DNA of 39,727 bases, from the IMG/VR virus record IMGVR_UViG_3300049844_000015, positions 1 to 39,727 of that record; one strand, 5' to 3'. Made by a program: the position numbers and the translations under genes. The notes under the pieces were generated by a model. That model was not told where the DNA came from, searched no databases, and was given only the letters and a program-made list of their open reading frames with translations. The stretch comes from a virus. Taxonomy: Duplodnaviria; Caudoviricetes. Positions 33,833-39,727 of this stretch are shown piece by piece; positions within the stretch are counted from its first letter, which is position 1, and each line of letters starts with the position of its first letter.

Positions 33833-35240
33833 CGTACTCCGCAATGTAGTTGTTGCAATCACGAATGAACATCCTCTTATACAAAGCCTCTTCCAGCTCC
33901 AAGCCAGTCAGCTCTTCCCACCACTTGCGCATCGTGTCAACCTGATGCTTGTTGGCGCGTGGGATGCGCACGGTCAAGCCGTCAGTGTTGATCTGGATCA
34001 AACGCAACCCGTCAATCTTGAACAACTGCTCGGCCAAGACACACAGCAGCAGTTGACCGTTGAGCGTGATCTTCATGGTGTACAGCGGGTCGTAGAACAC
34101 GCTGAACTGGTTGTTGCTGTCGCCGTACACACCGTTGAGCGCGAGCTTGAGCATCGCGTTCTCAGGGCTTCCCTTGGGGTATGTTTTGCGTTGCTCGTAC
34201 AAGTGCTGGTAAATGTCGCAGAACGACTCGCCTAGATGAGCAGGATAGAAACGATTAGCGATAGCCAGATTAGGGTAGTAAGAGCTGACATCCAAGTCAA
34301 CGATAACGTGATCGGCATCCGACTCAACAATTTCCGACTCAATAGAGCCATGAATACCGCCCAACCCAAATACAAAATCAAAACCATTAACACGCGCAGT
34401 GACATCTTCAAACACTCCCTTGGTTTCAGTGATCGCTTGACCCTTGAGCCAGTTGAGCACACGGGTGAACTCAGGCTGTGAGAACTCGATCCATGGCAGG
34501 ATCGCTTCACCCAGATTGATCACGGGTCGGCGTGTCTGGCGTGGCGTGCGACCAGAGGAGCCGTAGTCATACAACGCGACACCAGCCTCTTCGAGCTTCA
34601 TGGCGAAGTAGTCTTTGCCGATCTTGGTGTCGTTGTGGTTCATGAAGTCGCGCTGATACAAGTGAGTCAGTTGCTCACGGAATTTGATCAGGTCCAACGA
34701 CTTGTGATAGAACGCCTTGGTCTGCGACACGTCATGTTGGTTGTATCTCTTGAGCGTGGGGATCTGCTCAATCGTTAAATTCGTGCCCACCTTGAATGGC
34801 AAGTCTTCGATGTTGTCGCTGCGCATGTTGAACTCCAACACCTTCAGACTGGTGGCGCGTGCCTTGTTGTCGAAGTGATGGATCTTGAACAGGTCAATCT
34901 GTTCGATGCAGCGATCAGCAGGCTTGACGTTGTGCATCCACTTCTCGTCACCGTCTTGACCATTGATGATCGCCATGGCCTTTTGATACAGCGTCTGTGC
35001 ATCGCTGTGACCCATGCGGATCAGCGTGTGCAAAATAGGATAGTCAAAACCGATGTTGTTGAATCCAACCATGCGCCCACCATCATTCCGCAGACGGTCA
35101 ATGAAATCGACAATAGCGCGGCTATCGTTACGATGGTCACTAATCTCAAAAAGGAAAGTAATCGGTGCATCGGCGTGCTCCACAGCCATGGTGAAGACAT
35201 TAGGGAATGTTTCCAAGTCATAAATCCAGTCGTTACTCAT
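33822..35240 (-). CDS. Family-B DNA polymerase, N-terminal fragment (3'-5' exonuclease plus palm/fingers), 472 aa
   Basis: ExoI YDLET, ExoII FNNIGFD, ExoIII YNQHD; motif A DVSSYYP, motif B KLALNGVYG, motif C NTDG. Confidence 0.92.
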   Translation of the reverse strand: MSNDWIYDLETFPNVFTMAVEHADAPITFLFEISDHRNDSRAIVDFIDRLRNDGGRMVGFNNIGFDYPILHTLIRMGHSDAQTLYQKAMAIINGQDGDEKWMHNVKPADRCIEQIDLFKIHHFDNKARATSLKVLEFNMRSDNIEDLPFKVGTNLTIEQIPTLKRYNQHDVSQTKAFYHKSLDLIKFREQLTHLYQRDFMNHNDTKIGKDYFAMKLEEAGVALYDYGSSGRTPRQTRRPVINLGEAILPWIEFSQPEFTRVLNWLKGQAITETKGVFEDVTARVNGFDFVFGLGGIHGSIESEIVESDADHVIVDLDVSSYYPNLAIANRFYPAHLGESFCDIYQHLYEQRKTYPKGSPENAMLKLALNGVYGDSNNQFSVFYDPLYTMKITLNGQLLLCVLAEQLFKIDGLRLIQINTDGLTVRIPRANKHQVDTMRKWWEELTGLELEEALYKRMFIRDCNNYIAEYDDE

Positions 35241-35315
35241 TACGGTTACTCGGTTAGGTGGGGGTCGTGCGAGACTGTAGCTCCAGAAAATGGATTCGCA
35301 CTTCCCCCGATTTCG

Positions 35316-35981
35316 TTACTGACCTGTCATGAAGGGTGGCAGACCCATGGGTGCAGGAGCTGCGGCAGCAGGTGCGAAGCCTGGAGCTGCTGCTGGCGCT
35401 GCAACAGCACCGAACATGCCAGATGCGTCCACGTTGCCTTCACCAAAGGGTGCGTCATCAGCGGCAAACTGGATGGCAATCAAGTCGCAACGGATGCCAC
35501 GGCCATGCTTGTTGTCTTGCGGCCATGGTTTGATGGCAGCGTTGACACGGCATCCACCGTAGAGCTTGCGTGCGAGTTGCTGGTATGCCATGGTGTTGGC
35601 AGGGTCAACAGGTGAGCCATCGAGTTGGATCATCTGCGGCGCTTGGTCACGGCCAGCAGTGATGAACACGTTACCGGCATAACCATCGTAGGGTTGGAAA
35701 GTCTTCTTGTTGACCTTCTCTTCACCGCGACCAAAGCAGCGGGTCTTGCGATCGTTTTGGATCATTTGCATCACGGCTTGCGCGTGCTCTTTCCACTTGT
35801 CCAAAGCTAACGCGCCGTAGCGTTGCATGAACTGAGCGAAGCCAGGGTGTGACTCGGGCATGATGAACTCACAGTTGTAGCTGATGCGCTCTTTACCTGT
35901 GGCCTCATTGATCTGACGCTGGGGTTCAGCGAGGTGGGGGAAAGACAAACGGACGTTTGACAAAAAGATGATTTCGGACAT
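35316..35981 (-). CDS. Single-stranded DNA-binding protein (DUF2815 / Enc34-like)
   Basis: NVRLSFPHL...YGGCRVNA...GIRCDLIAIQF..DD.PFG. Confidence 0.85.
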   Translation of the reverse strand: MSEIIFLSNVRLSFPHLAEPQRQINEATGKERISYNCEFIMPESHPGFAQFMQRYGALALDKWKEHAQAVMQMIQNDRKTRCFGRGEEKVNKKTFQPYDGYAGNVFITAGRDQAPQMIQLDGSPVDPANTMAYQQLARKLYGGCRVNAAIKPWPQDNKHGRGIRCDLIAIQFAADDAPFGEGNVDASGMFGAVAAPAAAPGFAPAAAAPAPMGLPPFMTGQ

Positions 35982-35996
35982 TACATTTACTCCAGT

Positions 35997-37298
35997 TTAA
36001 GAAAGCCACGAGGGCAGGGATTCGGCAGCGGGTGCTGCTTCTACTGCACTGAACATCGGTGCAGCATTCATGATGACAGCGGGACGGCTGTCAGATTCAG
36101 GGACCACTGTGAGCTTGCCAGCCATCTTGACGATGTACTCTTGCTCCAGTGTTTTGAGTTGACGCTCGGAGAGCTGCTTCGGTGTACCGTCTTTCTTGGT
36201 CCACGTGAGCTTCTCAGCCTTAGCAGGTGTGACGAGTTTGGTTTCCCAAACGCTGGCCTTGGGAATGCCCATCTTCGTCAGCTTCTCGGCAATCTGATCC
36301 TCGGGTAACGCCCATGCGCGGCTACCGCGACCATTGACGAGTTTGATACCAGGGATCGATGCACCTGATTGCAATCGACGCAGGGCTTCTGCTTCGACAG
36401 CTTCAAGGAGTTGACGCATCAGGGGTGCAGCTTCCATGATCTGACGGATCTGGTGATCGTCCATGGTGCTGGGGTCTTTGTCGGCAGCTTGCTGTGCGAC
36501 ATCGAGTGGCTGGGCTTGCGCCTGCACGGGTTGAAACATGACACCTACTTCCTTCATTACGTTACCTGCGAGTGCAGAGCAGTTGCCCTTGTGCTTGCAG
36601 AACTTACATTGACTATCACCGGCTTTCAGTGGTGCATCAGGTGCATCGGTCATGTGAGCCTCGTGCACCATTTGGCCAATCATAGCAAGGATTTCGATGG
36701 TATCGACTTCGTGCGATGAAATTGCTTGCATGCCGCGCAGAGCCAGCTTAGGCTGGATGATTGTCATGCGCACGCGCTTCCATGGATAGACTGCGTTGAC
36801 AGGCAGCTTCAACTCAGCCAGTGCGCCCATGGCGTACTGTTCAAGCTGTGGGTTGCCCTTGGCGTCAACGATGCCCATGCCGTCTTTGTAGTCGATGATC
36901 TCGAGTGTGTCAGTGCCACGGATCTGAACGTCCACAGTGCCCGACATATCGTTGCGACCAATCAGGTGAGCTGGGTCAACACGGGTTTCCGCGATGACTT
37001 CACACATACCGTTTTGTTCAGCAACTCGTGCCTTGACATAGTCCACGGCAACCTTGACTCGGGTGGCGCGGTCTTTGTCCACGGTGAACACGCCTTCATG
37101 GTCGCTCAGTGTTTCACCGATTGTGGTCAGAGGATCTTTGTCTTCCCCGAGGCAGTATTCCAGCAGCGTGTGGCTATGTGTGCCATCGGCTGCTGCTGGA
37201 CCACTGGTGTCAGGGTACTTAGCTTCCTCTCGAATAGACCCAGGGCACAGCATCCAACGATGCCGTTTGCTGGGTGAGAGTTGTGCGTGATCGCTCAT
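35997..37298 (-). CDS. Cas4-like PD-(D/E)XK exonuclease (DUF2800)
   Basis: HAQLSPS..RWMLCPGS, GT.SH, GTVD, IIDYKDG, QL..YA and CKFCKHKGNC cysteine cluster. Confidence 0.88.
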   Translation of the reverse strand: MSDHAQLSPSKRHRWMLCPGSIREEAKYPDTSGPAAADGTHSHTLLEYCLGEDKDPLTTIGETLSDHEGVFTVDKDRATRVKVAVDYVKARVAEQNGMCEVIAETRVDPAHLIGRNDMSGTVDVQIRGTDTLEIIDYKDGMGIVDAKGNPQLEQYAMGALAELKLPVNAVYPWKRVRMTIIQPKLALRGMQAISSHEVDTIEILAMIGQMVHEAHMTDAPDAPLKAGDSQCKFCKHKGNCSALAGNVMKEVGVMFQPVQAQAQPLDVAQQAADKDPSTMDDHQIRQIMEAAPLMRQLLEAVEAEALRRLQSGASIPGIKLVNGRGSRAWALPEDQIAEKLTKMGIPKASVWETKLVTPAKAEKLTWTKKDGTPKQLSERQLKTLEQEYIVKMAGKLTVVPESDSRPAVIMNAAPMFSAVEAAPAAESLPSWLS

Positions 37299-37300
37299 GC

Positions 37301-37741
37301 TTAGGCTTTCAGCGCCTCAACGCCAGCGTGCAATGCGCCATAGTGCTCAGGCTTGACATCGTTGATGTTCTGGTAGCCCAAACCAACCAAGACGTTTTGG
37401 ATCTGTGCGCCCTTGGCTGCGCCAAGTGCCTTGTAAGCGCCCATCACGTAGTCGATCAAGCCTTTGGGGTCGCTAAACGGTGCGCCAGATGCAGCGGGTG
37501 CAGGAGCAGCAGGAGCTACGAATGAAGGAGCAGCAGGCATCGCTGGAGCTGCGGCAACAGGAGCTGGTGCGGCCACTGGTTCAGGGGTGGTGACGGTCAC
37601 AGTAGCAGCCACGGGTGTAGGTGCTTGCACAACAGGGGCGGCAGGTGCTACATTGAGCGTTTCTTGTTTTGCACCATTCATCACACCAATCAGATCACGA
37701 ACAGCGGCGGTGAGGTTTTTGATTTCAATTTCCAGTGACAT
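37301..37741 (-). CDS. Hypothetical Ala/Pro-rich protein typical upstream of DUF2800
   Basis: AAGGAG SD; PA-rich linker; C-terminal INDVKPEHY. Confidence 0.75.
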   Translation of the reverse strand: MSLEIEIKNLTAAVRDLIGVMNGAKQETLNVAPAAPVVQAPTPVAATVTVTTPEPVAAPAPVAAAPAMPAAPSFVAPAAPAPAASGAPFSDPKGLIDYVMGAYKALGAAKGAQIQNVLVGLGYQNINDVKPEHYGALHAGVEALKA

Positions 37742-37925
37742 AGAGAGACTCCTTACGAGTTACAGGGGGTTGAATTACAAGACGGTCTTCGTTGAACGCC
37801 TCGACGATTTCACGAAGCACAGATGACGGTGTGCCATGCTTGAATGCTTTGCTGTGAAATTTGGTGCGCGTCTTGTCTGTCACTCGGACAACAAGGTATG
37901 CGGATTTGATCTTGGTAGTAGCCAT
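37725..37925 (-). CDS. Ribbon-helix-helix (Arc/CopG-like) DNA-binding protein, 66 aa
   Basis: AYLVVRVTDKTRTKF...TPSSVLREIVEAF strand-helix-helix pattern. Confidence 0.65.
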   Translation of the reverse strand: MATTKIKSAYLVVRVTDKTRTKFHSKAFKHGTPSSVLREIVEAFNEDRLVIQPPVTRKESLYVTGN

Positions 37926-37946
37926 AACAAAATAAATTTTGGTTTC

Positions 37947-37987
37947 GTTGCACAAAGTATAACATCATCTGATACACTTGTGTCAAC
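37947..37987. promoter_or_regulatory. Overlapping divergent promoters within an imperfect inverted repeat
   Basis: Minus: TTGACA-N19-TATACT with extended TG; plus: TTGCAC-N19-TACACT with extended TG; lies at the strand switch. Confidence 0.55.
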
Positions 37988-38018
37988 AAATTTCAAAAAT
38001 AATTTTGAGGACGTGAAA

Positions 38019-38159
38019 ATGGAATGCAAACACAGATGGGTTGAGATTGACTGGGGCAAGAAACACCGCACGCCTGGTCACTACTATTACGCTTGCACCC
38101 GCTGTTACCAGTGCCGCATCGCGCAACTCATCACCAAAGAAAAAGCCCCGACCTTGTGA
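38019..38159 (+). CDS. 46-aa Cys/His-rich (zinc-ribbon-like) protein
   Basis: CKHRW...CTRC; GAGGA SD. Confidence 0.6.
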   Translation: MECKHRWVEIDWGKKHRTPGHYYYACTRCYQCRIAQLITKEKAPTL

Positions 38160-38182
38160 ATCGGGGCTTAAAGGAGATTTTC

Positions 38183-38224
38183 ATGAAAAGAGCGACAACT
38201 GCATTGTCGGAATGGATTATATGA
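38183..38224 (+). CDS. 13-aa leader minigene MKRATTALSEWII coupled to the primase-polymerase
   Basis: AAGGAG SD before the ATG at 38183; its TGA overlaps the ATG at 38221. Confidence 0.45.
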   Translation: MKRATTALSEWII

Positions 38225-39727
38225 CCGCACTACCTATAGTACAAGCACACCCTGCATCCATCGATGCCTACATTCGTCACGGGTTCTCACTTGTGCCGAT
38301 CCCAGCGGGAACCAAGGGGCCGCGCACCGCAGGCTGGAACATCAAGGCCAACGCGATCAAGTCACAGGCTGACCTGCCCCAAGGCTGGGGCATCGGCTTG
38401 GCCCACGCCTACAGTGGCACGATGGCCTTTGACATCGATGAGTGGGACACCACCGCCATGGTGCTCGGGCTGCAAGGGATCGACCTGCAAGCACTCTATG
38501 ACGCCAACGATGCTGTCATCGTGGACTCTGGCCGCGCTGGCCACGGTAAGCTGCTCTACAAGATGCCCTTGGGCATGGCGCTGCCGTCCAAGAAGATCAT
38601 TGTCAACGGTGTCACTGCCTACGAGCTGCGCTGCGCCACGGCCAACGGCCTCACTGTGCAGGACGTGCTGCCACCCTCGATCCACCCTGACACCAAGCAG
38701 CCCTATCGATGGGCAGGTAAGGGTCACTGGATGCGCTTACCAGAGCTGCCCCAGCCCCTGTTAGACTTGTGGCATGGTCTTCTTGAGCAGGATAAGGTGC
38801 GCACGCTCGCCACGGGTGACGGCATCGATGCGTCATGGGACGAGATCCGAACAGCCATCGAGTCCATCAGCCCCGACTGCTCCCGCGAAGAGTGGGTCAA
38901 CGTGGGCATGGCGCTGCACTGGGCAGGCACGCACACCAACCAACTCGATCAAGCCCTGCACCTGTGGGACGAGTGGTCCAAACCTTCGACCAAATACCCC
39001 AACGAGAAAGAGATCATTAACCAGTGGACCAGCTTCAAGTCTGACAAGACCACCGCTGTCAAGCTGGGCACACTGTTCCACATCGCCAAGCAGCACGGAT
39101 GGGTGCGCCCTCAACCCGATGTGCGCGAGTTCTTCAAGGCCGTGGAGTCGCCTGACGAACCCACGTCACCCATGGTTGACCTGCGCCCACGACCACCACG
39201 CCTAGACATCAAACTGTGCCCACCAGTGCTGGCACGCCGCGCAGAAGAGATCGGGCAGACGGTAGGCTGTGACCCCTTGGTTCCCCTGTTCGCAGGGCTT
39301 GCTGCTGTCTGTGGTGTCGCTGACTCACGCTCTCGCCTTGAGCTGATCAAGGACTTCAAAGTGCCACCGGTGCTGTGGCTCATGACCATCGGTGCACCAG
39401 CCGACAAGAAGACACCAGGCTCCGCGCCCATGCTGGCACCCCTGAAGCACTTGGAGACAGAGGATCGTCCACGCTACGCCAAAGATTTCCTCGAATGGGA
39501 AGGCAAAGAGGCCATGCACGCATCGTCCAAGAAGGCATTCCTCGAGTTCTCAGCGTCACCCGAGGCCATGCTCGGCGGTGACCAAGCACCACAGGTGCAC
39601 GACCTCCCACCGCAGCCAGTGCCCCTGCGCATCACGGTGGATGACGTGACCTCCCAGAAGCTCGTTCGACTGGCTGCTGACCGTCCACGGGGTCTGCTGT
39701 GTGCCCTCGATGAGATGAACTCATGGG
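38221..39727 (+). CDS. Bifunctional primase-polymerase, N-terminal part (continues through the overlap into 1-2234)
   Basis: MTALPIVQAH...LVPIPAGTKGP...GW...IGLAH...AFDID...GHGKLLY Prim-Pol motifs; open to the window end. Confidence 0.85.
   Translation, partial: MTALPIVQAHPASIDAYIRHGFSLVPIPAGTKGPRTAGWNIKANAIKSQADLPQGWGIGLAHAYSGTMAFDIDEWDTTAMVLGLQGIDLQALYDANDAVIVDSGRAGHGKLLYKMPLGMALPSKKIIVNGVTAYELRCATANGLTVQDVLPPSIHPDTKQPYRWAGKGHWMRLPELPQPLLDLWHGLLEQDKVRTLATGDGIDASWDEIRTAIESISPDCSREEWVNVGMALHWAGTHTNQLDQALHLWDEWSKPSTKYPNEKEIINQWTSFKSDKTTAVKLGTLFHIAKQHGWVRPQPDVREFFKAVESPDEPTSPMVDLRPRPPRLDIKLCPPVLARRAEEIGQTVGCDPLVPLFAGLAAVCGVADSRSRLELIKDFKVPPVLWLMTIGAPADKKTPGSAPMLAPLKHLETEDRPRYAKDFLEWEGKEAMHASSKKAFLEFSASPEAMLGGDQAPQVHDLPPQPVPLRITVDDVTSQKLVRLAADRPRGLLCALDEMNSW
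38465..39727. repeat. Terminal overlap copy B
   Basis: Collinear with 1-1263. Confidence 0.97.

Noticed and set aside
38465-39727. Biological direct terminal repeat
   Set aside because: It starts and ends mid-gene and the copies are about 4% divergent. Assembly of a circular or permuted genome from mixed strains explains it better.
1-39727. tRNA genes or an alternative genetic code
   Set aside because: No cloverleaf with T-loop/D-loop consensus was noticed in the few intergenic gaps. Core genes are full length in the standard code, and the only split gene is explained by an insertion.

Overview
This window is an apparently complete, circularly permuted dsDNA tailed-phage genome with a unit length of 38,464 bp. 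Positions 1-1263 recur at 38465-39727 with about 4% mostly synonymous differences. The virion module is P22-like (podovirus type): terS, terL, a GroES co-chaperonin, portal, scaffold, coat, gp4/gp10-like tail hub, tail fibres, ejection proteins, and a lysis cassette with an M15 peptidase and Rz/Rz1. The replication module has a bifunctional primase-polymerase/helicase, a Cas4-like DUF2800 nuclease, a DUF2815 SSB, a family-B DNA polymerase, VRR-NUC, an SNF2 helicase and MazG-like proteins. A leftward cluster of small early genes completes the genome. No integrase, tRNA or CRISPR array is visible. Three observations stand out. (1) The PolB gene is cut into two separately initiated ORFs by an HNH-AP2 endonuclease gene that overlaps both halves and leaves no room for an intron, suggesting a 'genes-in-pieces' polymerase. 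(2) A 3.9-kb block covering the early genes and control region has no GATC, although GATC is common elsewhere. (3) A structured control region (6890-8060) holds repeated ACCCAwTGGGT palindromes, mirror-image GTTGACAT arrays and an 18-bp inverted repeat, and flanks an AP2 protein that looks like an HNH homing endonuclease with its catalytic core deleted. All calls come from motif recognition by eye; no database searches were run.
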